A stretch of DNA of 64,000 nt. Origin: Archaeoglobaceae archaeon. Lineage in GTDB: Archaea > Halobacteriota > Archaeoglobi > Archaeoglobales > Archaeoglobaceae. Shown here one piece after another: positions 29,452 to 38,978 of this stretch. The stretch is taken from positions 32,001 to 96,000 of the forward strand of contig JAWAQR010000001.1 in assembly GCA_038893835.1 (NCBI GenBank), read 5' to 3'. Under the pieces are notes generated by a model. It made no database searches. It was not told the origin of the DNA and saw only the letters and a program-made list of their open reading frames with translations. The stretch's first letter is position 1, and every line of letters begins with the position of its first letter. Both the position numbers and the translations under genes were made by a program.

Positions 29452-30806
29452 TAGCATTGATAAATCCAAATGCGAGAGTTGAAGTTGTTAAAATGCTTGA
29501 AATATCTTCTCCTCCACTTGGAATTAGTTATCTCGCATCTGTTTTGCGTGAAAGGGGGTTTAAGATAAAAATAATCGACGACCTTGTTGAAAATTTGAAT
29601 TTTTCGGATTTGATAAAAAGGATAAGGGATTCTATAATAGTCGGTATAACCTCGACAACTCCAACCTTTAAATCAGCTCTAGAATATGCAAAAAAAATCA
29701 AAGAGGTTCTTCCAAACGTTTTTGTGATCATTGGTGGAGTTCACGTTACTTTTCATCCAGAAGAAGCGTTGAAAAATGAATTCGTTGATGCAGTTTGCAT
29801 AGGAGAGGGAGAGGAGACTATTGTTGAGGTTGCTGAAAAAATAGAGGCTGGGAGAAGTCTTGAGGGTGTAAAAGGGATATACTACAAGGAAGAAGGTAAA
29901 ATTGTGAAAAATCCTCCAAGAGATTTCATTCAAGACTTGGATTCTATCCCATTTCCAGCTTTTGACCTTTTACCATTGGAGAAATATTCTGTTTTAGGTA
30001 AAAAGCTGGAAGTTTTTCCAATGATAACCTCTAGGGGATGTCCCTTTGCTTGCAGATACTGCAGCTCCTCTCTTCTCATGGGTCATCGATTTCGTGCGAG
30101 GAGTGCGAAGAATGTAGTTGACGAGATGGAATGGCTTGTTGATGAATTCGATGCGAAACACATAGCCTTTGGCGATGATACGTTTACGTTGAAAAAGAGA
30201 AGGGTTGAGGAGATATGCAAAGAAATAAAGGAAAGAAAGCTGGAAGTAACCTGGAGCTGCTCTTCTAGGATAGATACTGTGAGTGAAGAACTTCTGAAGA
30301 TGATGAAATCAGCTGGTTGCACTGCGATTTATTATGGAATAGAATCTTCGAGCAAAAGAATTCTTGAATATTACAGAAAAAGAATTTCACTCGAAAGGGC
30401 GAAAGAAGTTGTTAAAATGACGAAAAAGTTAAAAATATCGACGATTTGCTCCTTTATCATTGGTGCACCGATTGAAACCAAAAAGGAAATGGAGGAAACT
30501 TTGAAATTTGCAATCGAGCTGGATCCAGATTATGCGCAATTCTCAATTCTCACACCATATCCTGGGACTGAGATATATAAAGAGGCAAAGGAAAAGAACT
30601 TGCTTCTGACGGAAGATTATGAAAAGTTCACAGCAGGGAAGCCTGTGATGAAGACTTTGATACCAGCTGAAGAGCTTGCAAAGTTTTTGAGAAAATGCTA
30701 TCTCAAATTTTATCTGCGACCGAAATTCATACTGCGTGAAATAAGAAAGGGGCACATTGGTTTAATCTTTAGCGTTATTAAGAAGGCTATAAAGTCTAAT
30801 TTCTGA
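29448..30806 (+). CDS. B12-binding class B radical SAM methyltransferase (Gmm-like)
   Basis: PPLGISYLAS, GGVHVT, GEGE, TSRGCPFACRYC, GIES, TPYPGT; ATGA overlap with the upstream rSAM gene. Confidence 0.75.
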   Translation: MIALINPNARVEVVKMLEISSPPLGISYLASVLRERGFKIKIIDDLVENLNFSDLIKRIRDSIIVGITSTTPTFKSALEYAKKIKEVLPNVFVIIGGVHVTFHPEEALKNEFVDAVCIGEGEETIVEVAEKIEAGRSLEGVKGIYYKEEGKIVKNPPRDFIQDLDSIPFPAFDLLPLEKYSVLGKKLEVFPMITSRGCPFACRYCSSSLLMGHRFRARSAKNVVDEMEWLVDEFDAKHIAFGDDTFTLKKRRVEEICKEIKERKLEVTWSCSSRIDTVSEELLKMMKSAGCTAIYYGIESSSKRILEYYRKRISLERAKEVVKMTKKLKISTICSFIIGAPIETKKEMEETLKFAIELDPDYAQFSILTPYPGTEIYKEAKEKNLLLTEDYEKFTAGKPVMKTLIPAEELAKFLRKCYLKFYLRPKFILREIRKGHIGLIFSVIKKAIKSNF

Positions 30807-30942
30807 ACTCCTTTAAAATTCTTGACTTTTTCAGGGCAAAGTAGGAAATTATGGAACAAAAAGCTGCAAGAAATATTGATCTTAAGCCAAAATTAGACAA
30901 ATAAAAGGCTATTAGAGTGACAAAGAATACGGAAACAACTGT

Positions 30943-30968
30943 TGAGCTGGCGGATATTTTCCAGCTCA
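30943..30968 (-). terminator. 8-bp hairpin overlapping the iorA stop codon
   Basis: TGAGCTGG-N10-CCAGCTCA perfect inverted repeat; terminator function is unproven. Confidence 0.3.
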
Positions 30969-32834
30969 GCTCTCTGATTTTCTCCTTATCGCCCCTTTCC
31001 TGCAAATCTGACTGCATACCCCACAGCCTATGCATGACGTTGCATCTATTTTAACCTTCCCATCATAGATCAAGGCTGGACAAGCGAATGTATTTACGCA
31101 TTCCATGCAAAGATCGCAATCTTCAGTTACTGTAAATGGAATAATCCTGCCCCTTCTCTTCATTTCTCTTGTCCATATCATCGCGCATGGCTGCCTTGCA
31201 ATTATAACAGCAACACCATCATGCTTTAAAGCCCTTCTTAGCACCTCTATCATTCTCTTAACGTTGTAAGGATTCACAACTTCAACGAATTCAACTCCAC
31301 AACCCCTTACAATGTCCTCTATAATCACCCTTTTCCCCCTTTCCCCACAAGCTCTAACTCCAGTCCCCGGATGGGGTTGATGACCAGTCATGCCGGTTGT
31401 TGAGTTATCCAGAATTACTAAGACGAATTTAGCTCCATTGTAAACAGCATTTATCAAAGCCGGTATTCCGGCGTGAAGAAAAGTAGAATCTCCGATAGTG
31501 GCTATTATTTTATCCTTTAAAAGATGGGCCAATCCATTGGAAACGCCCACACTAGCACCCATGCAAATGGTTATATCCACAGCTTCCATCGGTTTGTTAA
31601 TTCCAAGAGTGTAACAGCCTATGTCGCTTGGAAGACAGGCATTTCCGAGTTCGTTCACAACTTTCCTTATAGCATAAAAAGTGGCTGTATGTGGGCAACC
31701 TGCACAAAGAACTGGAGGACGAGGAGGGGCGAGAGACTTCAATTCGTCATTCTTTGTTATCGAAACCCTGTCAAAGCTAGTTTCCAAGCCAAGAACTTTT
31801 GCAATTCCACCTTCCACTATATTTATGTTATACTCATAGTCCATTGGAAAGTAGCCATTCAATTTGCCGAAAGTTTTTATCCCCATAGCCTTTATATGAA
31901 GCTCCAAAAAAGGATCGACCTCCTCAACCACGATTACAGCGTCGAGATTTGATGTAAACTTCTCAACAAGTTTCTCAGGCACAGGGTGTGCTGAAGACAA
32001 CTTCAGCAACGGTAGATTTAGCTTCAAATTTTCCATAGCTTCCTTCACATAACTGTAACTTAGCCCACAAGCAACCACACCAATCTTCCCCTTCCCATCC
32101 TCGATCCAGTTCATGCTCCAGTTGTTGAAAAATCTCTCAACCTCTTCGAGTTTTTTATCTAGAATTAGCTTCAACTTCCTCGCATGAGCTGGTAAAACTA
32201 CGTCGGTTTCTGGACTTCTCTTCCAATTTACTTTCTCAAGCTTTTTCCTCGGCAACTCTCCAAGAACCACAACTCCGCTTGCATGACTTAACCTAGTATA
32301 GCTGCGTAACATGACTGGTAATGAAAATCTTTCAGAAATTTCAAAGCATTGTTTCGTCATTTCCTTAAGTTCTCCAACACTTGAAGCCTCCACTACAGGC
32401 AACTTTGCCATCTTTCCATACCATCTGTTATCCTGCTCATTCTGACTGCTGTGCATCATGGGATCGTCTGCTGAAACCAGCACCAATCCACCCCTAGCGC
32501 CTACGTAAGCGAAGCTAAGCAGGGCATCCGCTGCAACGTTGACGCCAACGTGTTTCATACAAGCCATACCCCTTTTACCTGCAAGCGAGGCACCAATTGC
32601 GACTTCTAGTGCAACCTTTTCATTTGTAGAGTATTCCACATGATATTCAAGTCTATCCTTCAAAATTGAACATGCACTGCTCAAAGTATCTAGGATTTCT
32701 GAAGAAGGCGTTCCTGGATATGCTGCACAAACATCTATTCCAGCCTCAAGCGCTCCTCGTGCTATTGCCTCGTTTCCAAGTAGAAATACTCTTTCCCCAA
32801 CGCTGTCCTTGATGACGTCTTTTAGCATGAACAC
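30966..32834 (-). CDS. iorA: Indolepyruvate:ferredoxin oxidoreductase alpha subunit
   Basis: LLGNEAIARG, YPGTPSSE, NEKVA, KHVGVNVA, SSQNEQD, LCAGCPH, GDSTF.H, MTG.QP, two C-terminal ferredoxin motifs. Confidence 0.95.
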   Translation of the reverse strand: MFMLKDVIKDSVGERVFLLGNEAIARGALEAGIDVCAAYPGTPSSEILDTLSSACSILKDRLEYHVEYSTNEKVALEVAIGASLAGKRGMACMKHVGVNVAADALLSFAYVGARGGLVLVSADDPMMHSSQNEQDNRWYGKMAKLPVVEASSVGELKEMTKQCFEISERFSLPVMLRSYTRLSHASGVVVLGELPRKKLEKVNWKRSPETDVVLPAHARKLKLILDKKLEEVERFFNNWSMNWIEDGKGKIGVVACGLSYSYVKEAMENLKLNLPLLKLSSAHPVPEKLVEKFTSNLDAVIVVEEVDPFLELHIKAMGIKTFGKLNGYFPMDYEYNINIVEGGIAKVLGLETSFDRVSITKNDELKSLAPPRPPVLCAGCPHTATFYAIRKVVNELGNACLPSDIGCYTLGINKPMEAVDITICMGASVGVSNGLAHLLKDKIIATIGDSTFLHAGIPALINAVYNGAKFVLVILDNSTTGMTGHQPHPGTGVRACGERGKRVIIEDIVRGCGVEFVEVVNPYNVKRMIEVLRRALKHDGVAVIIARQPCAMIWTREMKRRGRIIPFTVTEDCDLCMECVNTFACPALIYDGKVKIDATSCIGCGVCSQICRKGAIRRKSES

Positions 32835-32905
32835 AAAATCGATTTGCGATTAAAATCCTTTTCATATTTTCATAAGAAACTTAATATCTATCATCAACTC
32901 TTTAT

Positions 32906-34153
32906 ATGTTTGATTTAGTCGTGGAAGGGGGAATTTGTCTCATCAATGGAAAATTCCTCGAATGTAATATCGGGATAGAAGGGAACAAAATTGCATTTGT
33001 TGGGAAAGAAAAGGTTATTGGAGAAGAAAAAATAAATGCCAAAGGTTGTCTGATCCTTCCCGGTTTTTTCAATGCCCATACACATTCGGCTATGACTATT
33101 CTAAGGGGATATGTAGAGGGGATTCCACTGAAAGATTGGCTCAATAAAGTCTGGAAGATTGAAGCGAGGTTCGATGAAAACATCGTTTACTGGGGAGCCA
33201 TGCTTGCCTGCGTTGAAATGCTCAAAAATGGGATTACATGTTTTGCCGACATGTACATCCACATGGACAGCGTTGCGAGGGCTGTGAAGGAGAGTGGAAT
33301 AAGAGCGGTATTGGGATACGGAATGGCAGACAGAGGAATTGAAGAAAAGGGGAAAGAAGAATTAAAAATAGCCCTTAAGTTCTTGGAAAAATGGAATCAA
33401 GAATCAAGGATAAAGTGCATACTTGCGCCACATGCAATATACACTTGTTCCCCAGAATTCCTTTCAAAGGTTAATGAAGTTGCGAAAGAAAAAGGTCTTT
33501 TGAAGCACATCCATGTTTCCGAAACTCTCTGGGAAGTGAAAGAATCGAAGAAAAAGTTTGGGAAGAGTCCTGTAGAATTACTGGATTCCATAGGTTTTCT
33601 GGATAATAAAACAGTTCTGGCGCATTGTGTGTGGGTTAAAGATAGAGAAATAGATTTGATTGCTAAAAGAGGAAGTAGCGTAGCACATTGTCCTTCTAGT
33701 AACCTGAAGCTGTCTTCTGGGATAGCAAAAATAGTTGAAATGGTTGAGAAAGGAATTAATGTTGCAATAGGCACAGATGGAGCTGCGAGTAACAATCTTT
33801 TGAACCCATTTATTGAAATGAGAACTGCAATCTTGCTACAGCAGCTTAGAAGAAAGTTTCTAAGTCCAATGAAATACGTTGAGATGGCAACCAGAAACGG
33901 TTATATCGCATATGGAATCGATGGAGGGGAAATAGAGGTAGGTAGACTTGCAGACATCATCGTTTTTGAGCCAAAGTTACAAAATTTTCCATTATACGAT
34001 TACGCAAATTCGCTCATCTTTTCTTCAAATGGATGTGAAGTCAGGGATGTAATTGTAGATGGTAAAGTAGTTGTTGAGGACAGGCAACTCATATATGTGG
34101 ATGAGGAAAAGGTAATTGAAAAAGTTGTCGATGCTACAGCATTACTTTTTTAG
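32906..34153 (+). CDS. mtaD: 5'-methylthioadenosine/SAH (5'-deoxyadenosine) deaminase
   Basis: NAHTH, FADMY, APHAIYTCS, HIHVSET, AHC, HCPSSNLKL.SG, GTDGAASNN. Confidence 0.8.
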   Translation: MFDLVVEGGICLINGKFLECNIGIEGNKIAFVGKEKVIGEEKINAKGCLILPGFFNAHTHSAMTILRGYVEGIPLKDWLNKVWKIEARFDENIVYWGAMLACVEMLKNGITCFADMYIHMDSVARAVKESGIRAVLGYGMADRGIEEKGKEELKIALKFLEKWNQESRIKCILAPHAIYTCSPEFLSKVNEVAKEKGLLKHIHVSETLWEVKESKKKFGKSPVELLDSIGFLDNKTVLAHCVWVKDREIDLIAKRGSSVAHCPSSNLKLSSGIAKIVEMVEKGINVAIGTDGAASNNLLNPFIEMRTAILLQQLRRKFLSPMKYVEMATRNGYIAYGIDGGEIEVGRLADIIVFEPKLQNFPLYDYANSLIFSSNGCEVRDVIVDGKVVVEDRQLIYVDEEKVIEKVVDATALLF

Positions 34154-34450
34154 TAATTATCAATGATGAGGTTTCGATCAAACTTCTCAAGAAGAAGTCT
34201 TCTGAATTAGATGAAACTGAAAAACTTGAAAAATTTGAGGAAGAGGCAATAGAGGTATAGTTTACGTAATAGCTTCGACATTCCTTTCAACACTCGTCGA
34301 AGCTGCGATGAGGTGCAAAAAGCCGGTGTTTTGCAGAATTCTTGAGTGATAGGAGAAGATAGCGTTTCAGCGGGAATAAAGCATTCGCTAGTCATGGTTT
34401 TAATAGCTTACATCGGCTTCAGCGTGATGTTTAGATTTGGAGTAATCTGA
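34154..34450 (+). pseudogene. Degenerate remnant ending in a TadC/GspF (T2SS-F)-like C-terminus
   Basis: 34346-34450 reads VIGEDSVSAGIKHSLVMVLIAYIGFSVMFRFGVI*; the upstream part has stops and no usable start. Confidence 0.55.
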
Positions 34451-35431
34451 TCACCAGGGAAATTTCACTGCTTTTATTTTTTTCCCCTGAAATTCTATTT
34501 CTTCGAAAAGACTTTCTCCAAGTATTTCTTCAAGCTTTTCAATTTCATTAGCTTTGTAAACTTCGAAAACTGGCACATCTGCCAGTCTCAACTTCTCAAC
34601 AGCTTCTCTTGTAGTTAGATTTTCCATTTTTCTTTCAATCTCTTCCCTTATCCTTTCATAGTTGTTTATTCCATCCGCGAGACTGATCTTTGGCATTCCA
34701 AGAACTTCGCAAAGTTTTTTCCAAAAATGCTCCTCCGCAACTATGCCTATGGTTATGTATCCGTCTTTTGTCTTGTATATACCATATCCAGGATTCCTCG
34801 TCAGCGCTTTTACAAAGCTAAGACCGTTTAGGATTGAAGTGAAGTGAATTGGGACACCGAAAATTGCAGATTTCAGCATGCTAACATCTATCCTTTTTCC
34901 AACTCCAGTTCTTTCTCTCTCAATCAACGCCGAAAGTATCGCTATTACAGCCACCATTGAGGAAGAAAAGTCTGCAAACTGTAGATTTGGATCAAAAGGT
35001 TCCCCCTTTCCGCACAAGTCAAGTATGCCTGCCAATCCAAGGATGTTCACATCGTGAGCTGGAAACCTCGAGAACTTTGTTTTTTGTCCAAAAGCGGAAA
35101 TTGAGCAATATATTATTCCAGGATTTATTTTCGAAATAGTCTCATAATCTATTCCAAGTCTTCTCGCAGTTCCAGGTCTGAGACCTTCAACTATGACATC
35201 GGATTTTTCAGCCATCTTTAGAAATTTTTCTCTTCCATCTTCTGTTTTGAGATCAAGCTGAATTATTTTCTTACCAAAGTTTAATACCGCATAAATTTCT
35301 CCAAGCGCTCTTGCCGGATCTCCGTAAGGTGGTTCGATCTTTATAACTTCTGCTCCCAAGGATGCTAAAATACGAGTGGCAAAAGGGGCAGGATAATAAA
35401 ATGCAACTTCCAGAACTTTCACTTCCAGCAT
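34451..35431 (-). CDS. CaiB/BaiF family III CoA-transferase
   Basis: LGAEVIKIEPP.GD, LDLK, EGLRPG, CSISAFGQ, AHDVN, ADFSS. Confidence 0.9.
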   Translation of the reverse strand: MLEVKVLEVAFYYPAPFATRILASLGAEVIKIEPPYGDPARALGEIYAVLNFGKKIIQLDLKTEDGREKFLKMAEKSDVIVEGLRPGTARRLGIDYETISKINPGIIYCSISAFGQKTKFSRFPAHDVNILGLAGILDLCGKGEPFDPNLQFADFSSSMVAVIAILSALIERERTGVGKRIDVSMLKSAIFGVPIHFTSILNGLSFVKALTRNPGYGIYKTKDGYITIGIVAEEHFWKKLCEVLGMPKISLADGINNYERIREEIERKMENLTTREAVEKLRLADVPVFEVYKANEIEKLEEILGESLFEEIEFQGKKIKAVKFPW

Positions 35432-35468
35432 GATTTCAATTAGTCTAAGAAAATATAAAGTTGTCTGA

Positions 35469-35864
35469 CTATTTTAAAATTATGCCCTCAATCTTTTCTC
35501 TGTCTAAATTCTCTACCAACTGAATAAATTCGGCCAAGTCCTTCATCCAGACCTGGACAGCTTCAACTATTTTCTTCTTAAATTCCTCAAAATTTATAGG
35601 CTTGTATAGATATTTATACCCTCCAGATCGGAGTATTCTGTAATCTCTTTCGACAAGCCCCTTTTCTAGCAGTTTTTGTAGGGACTTGTAAACTGTGCTT
35701 TTATCCTTATTTAAAGCATCCGCAAGATCATCGACAGTTGTAGGGTTCTTTTTTAAAAGATTAACATAGACTTCCATGTCAAAGCATGAGATGTCGAAGG
35801 AACACTTTAATATGCATTTGACATGTTCCGAACATTTCAGCTCCATAATATTGTTACTCATCAT
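35469..35864 (-). CDS. TrmB-like HTH regulator with Cys-rich N-terminus
   Basis: TVDDLADALNKDKSTVYKSLQKL.EKGLV, GGYKYLY. Confidence 0.82.
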   Translation of the reverse strand: MMSNNIMELKCSEHVKCILKCSFDISCFDMEVYVNLLKKNPTTVDDLADALNKDKSTVYKSLQKLLEKGLVERDYRILRSGGYKYLYKPINFEEFKKKIVEAVQVWMKDLAEFIQLVENLDREKIEGIILK

Positions 35865-35936
35865 TTACTTTTTAAACTTTTGACTTTATAGCTATCATTT
35901 AAATGCCGATGCTGAAAATTTGATTTGGGGTTAAAG

Positions 35937-36875
35937 ATGATCATAGCCTTTGTAGGCTATCCGCTTTCTGGAAAAAGCACCGCAGCAGAGGTTGCAAAGG
36001 AGCTAGGAATTCCGGTTGTTACAATGGGGGACTTTGTAAGAGAAGAAGCGATGAAGCGTGGTTTGGAACCGAATGCAGAAAATCTAGGTAAAATTGCAGA
36101 AGAGATTAGGAAAAAGGAGGGAATGGATGCAATAGCGAAGAGATGCATTCCTAAAATAAAATCTCTCGCTCCAATCGTTGTTGTTGATGGGATAAGAGGT
36201 ATTGATGAAATTAGAGCTTTAAAGAGAGAATTTGGGAGCGTTGTTATAATTGCGATCGAAGCACCATTACAGCTTAGATTTCAGAGAGCGAAGCAGAGGG
36301 GGAGGAGTGATGATGTTTTGAGAATCGAAGATTTGATCGAAAGAGATCGAAGAGAAGAATCATGGGGGCTAAGAGAGGCTATGGAAATCGCAGATTTCAC
36401 GATAGAGAATACAGGAAACTTAAAGGACTTCAAGGAGAAGATCAAAGCATTGTTAAAAAAGCTTCTGAGCGTGGAAGTGGAAATAGAAACTTTCATACAC
36501 CCAACTGAAGAGGAGGAAAAAGTTGTAAAGGCTGTTAAGAACCTCTTTCCAGATGCAAAGGTTGAAATAAGGGATGGAAAGTTATTTGCTACAGCCAGAG
36601 ATTTGAAACAGTTCAAAGAATTGTTAAAGAGGCAAAAAATTCTCGACACAGCTCGAAGTGAGCTTATAAGATGCAAAAGAGGGAATGAGATAGTGATATA
36701 TCTAAACAAACAAACGGCAACAGTTTCAAGGATAAATTTCTGCGATGAAGATGCAGTTTTATCTCCATTGAAAGTGACCTTTAGACTTCTGGGAGTCTCT
36801 TTTCAAAGATTCCTAGACTATTTAGCACCAATGACAAAAAATGGCAAACCTGTGAATGAAGTGGAAGAGTTATGA
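35937..36875 (+). CDS. UPF0200 (P-loop, dephospho-CoA kinase-like) / UPF0201 (DUF54) fusion
   Basis: GYPLSGKST, MGD, DGIRG, RGRSDD, RDRRE; then HPTE...KV..AV, QKILDTAR, LNKQ. Confidence 0.85.
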   Translation: MIIAFVGYPLSGKSTAAEVAKELGIPVVTMGDFVREEAMKRGLEPNAENLGKIAEEIRKKEGMDAIAKRCIPKIKSLAPIVVVDGIRGIDEIRALKREFGSVVIIAIEAPLQLRFQRAKQRGRSDDVLRIEDLIERDRREESWGLREAMEIADFTIENTGNLKDFKEKIKALLKKLLSVEVEIETFIHPTEEEEKVVKAVKNLFPDAKVEIRDGKLFATARDLKQFKELLKRQKILDTARSELIRCKRGNEIVIYLNKQTATVSRINFCDEDAVLSPLKVTFRLLGVSFQRFLDYLAPMTKNGKPVNEVEEL

Positions 36876-37369
36876 ACCTGAATCCAATTCATCGAATTCT
36901 TCTAACAACAGATGGCTCTGTAACAGCGATAATCGAGGCTTACACACAGAAGGCTGTGGTTGTGGAGACAGTTGAGCAGAGAATCATCAAAGCTGATGAG
37001 GAGATAGCGAAAAGATTGGGGATAAAAGAGGGAGATGAAGTGAACTATCGAATAGTTTATCTAAAAGCTGGTGGAGAAATATATGCGAAGGCAATATCTT
37101 ATACACCGCTGAAAAGACTTCAAAATGGTTTCAGAGATGACTTAATGCGTGCAGACATACCAATAGGGAAGATAATGAAAAAGCATAGGATAGAGGCTAG
37201 AAGGGAAATAAGATGGGGGGGAGTTTTGGAAAGCAAAGAGCTGGCTGTGGAGATGGGTGTTAGAAAACCATTTTTTATAGTCAGAAATTACAGCATAATT
37301 CATAGAAATGAAGTTCTCATGGATATAACGGAATTTTTTCCAATGGAAAAATTCGAGCAAAAGTTTTAA
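36872..37369 (+). CDS. Chorismate pyruvate-lyase-like protein (DUF98)
   Basis: RILLTTDGSVT, DLMRADIPIGKI, EARRE, ITEFFP. Confidence 0.8.
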   Translation: MNLNPIHRILLTTDGSVTAIIEAYTQKAVVVETVEQRIIKADEEIAKRLGIKEGDEVNYRIVYLKAGGEIYAKAISYTPLKRLQNGFRDDLMRADIPIGKIMKKHRIEARREIRWGGVLESKELAVEMGVRKPFFIVRNYSIIHRNEVLMDITEFFPMEKFEQKF

Positions 37370-37408
37370 ATATCTTCTGATCGAAGTTTAGAAAATTAAA
37401 AATATGAG

Positions 37409-37624
37409 GTGTTGAAATTGAAGGAATTCGGATTTAGCAGACCGCCTGTAAAAGTTGGGGATGTAAGGGAAGTGAAAATAGAAGCTTTGGGTAGCGAGGG
37501 AGATGGTATTGCAAAGATAAATGGCTTTGTGATCTTTGTGCCCGGAGCGAAACTGAACGATAACGTAAAAATAAGGATAACAAAAGTTCTCAAAAAATAT
37601 GGATTTGCGGAAATAGTTGATTAG
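37409..37624 (+). CDS. Stand-alone TRAM-domain RNA-binding protein
   Basis: PPVKVG, IE.LG.EGDGIAKI.GFVIFVPG, ITKV...YGFAE. Confidence 0.9.
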   Translation: MLKLKEFGFSRPPVKVGDVREVKIEALGSEGDGIAKINGFVIFVPGAKLNDNVKIRITKVLKKYGFAEIVD

Positions 37625-37920
37625 AGACTTTTGACCATTTCTTCAATTTTGGATATTAGTTCTTTTATTTTTTCAATCTCACTTTTTAGATTTTCAATCT
37701 TCGAATAACCCTCATCTTTTATCATTGCTCCATATTGTGTTGGCACTATTATCCCTGACTGTTCCAGAACCCTTAGAGAATATCGAACTCTATGTTTTGG
37801 CATGTTTAGGAGGTCTGAGAGTTTGAAGATTCCTATGGGCTGCTTTTCCATTACAGCTTTTAGAACCTCGAGATGTCTTATCACTATTTCCGCCTCAGAT
37901 TGCAGTTTGCTGAATACCAT
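37621..37920 (-). CDS. Conserved archaeal wHTH protein
   Basis: RHL.VL..V...QPIGI.KLS, HRVRYSLRVLEQ.G.I.PT..GA. Confidence 0.78.
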   Translation of the reverse strand: MVFSKLQSEAEIVIRHLEVLKAVMEKQPIGIFKLSDLLNMPKHRVRYSLRVLEQSGIIVPTQYGAMIKDEGYSKIENLKSEIEKIKELISKIEEMVKSL

Positions 37921-38006
37921 AACTATAATAAGTATTTTGAGTATATAAAAGTTATGATAACTAGTCTCATTATTTTGATCTCATTGTCAAATCAAATTTA
38001 TTATTA

Positions 38007-38348
38007 TTATTTTATTTCACTCACCTCTATCACTTCTAATGCAATGTTCGGCATCCTCTTCCCTATCTCTCTCTTCGCAATTCTTTCAGCATGTTCTTTA
38101 TTTTGAGCATTGAAAACCTTCATTTCCAAAATTAGTCCAACTAAAGCTGTTTTTGAAACCAGAAAAGCTGATTTAAATGCTGATCCACATTTTGGGCACT
38201 CAACTGTGCCCACGTTTATTCTAACAAAACTGAGATCTGGTGATAGCTTTTTTCCAGCTTCAGCGATCGCGATGTTTATGGCATCTTCAACTGTATCAAC
38301 CCTTTTCACTATCCACCCTACCTGAACTACGACGAGATAATTTGGCAT
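38007..38348 (-). CDS. UPF0212 (DUF555) protein
   Basis: DAI.IAI.EAGK.L, CPKCG, TALVGL.LEMKVFNA, EHA.RIA. Confidence 0.85.
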   Translation of the reverse strand: MPNYLVVVQVGWIVKRVDTVEDAINIAIAEAGKKLSPDLSFVRINVGTVECPKCGSAFKSAFLVSKTALVGLILEMKVFNAQNKEHAERIAKREIGKRMPNIALEVIEVSEIK

Positions 38349-38390
38349 AGCTTATCGCGTTTTTATGCTTAATAGCTGTTGCTAGACTCG

Positions 38391-38978
38391 CTATATCTTA
38401 TAATACTTTTCGAACAGTTTTTTCCAATCAGTCTTGATAACAATTACTGTGAAAAAAATAGTCAGAATAAAGAGAAGGATAAAGCTGAATAAGTAATCAC
38501 CCATGAATTCTCTCATGAATTCTCCTAAAAATTTCCCCGTTAAAAGGACAGAAGATGTCACGATGATTTTTCCAAAGAACACGGCTGTAAAATAGTGAAG
38601 GAGTTTATACCTTGCTATTCCAAGTGGAATGTACAGCACGTCATCTGGCAAAGGACTTGCCGCGAAGAGAAAAATTGCAAAGAAACCCCATTTTTCAAAA
38701 ATTTTCTGAAAAAACTGCAAATTTTCTTTTGTTTTTTCAGATAGTGCCAATCTCATTCCTGCTCCGATTGAGTAAATTATGATTTTACCCATAGTTGCTC
38801 CTAGAGCGGAGATTATGGCGAGAATTGTCATTTCCTCAAAGCTCATAAGTGGGGAGAGGATGAAGAGAAAATTTAAATAAGGTATACTAACAAAAGGGAT
38901 TGAATTGGAAATTAGAGAGATCAAAAAGATTCCGGGATATCGAAATCCTAGAAGACTATTTAGCAAATCTTCCAGCAT
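38391..38978 (-). CDS. DedA/VTT (SNARE-associated) membrane protein
   Basis: LGATMGK, FAASPLPDD, PLG, GKI. Confidence 0.82.
   Translation of the reverse strand: MLEDLLNSLLGFRYPGIFLISLISNSIPFVSIPYLNFLFILSPLMSFEEMTILAIISALGATMGKIIIYSIGAGMRLALSEKTKENLQFFQKIFEKWGFFAIFLFAASPLPDDVLYIPLGIARYKLLHYFTAVFFGKIIVTSSVLLTGKFLGEFMREFMGDYLFSFILLFILTIFFTVIVIKTDWKKLFEKYYKI

Noticed and set aside
34163-34205. Possible C/D box sRNA (ATGATGA...CTGA)
   Set aside because: No recognisable internal D'/C' boxes, and the stretch reads as degenerate coding sequence.
35937-36875. UPF0200/UPF0201 fusion as a novelty
   Set aside because: As I recall, already known in Archaeoglobus.
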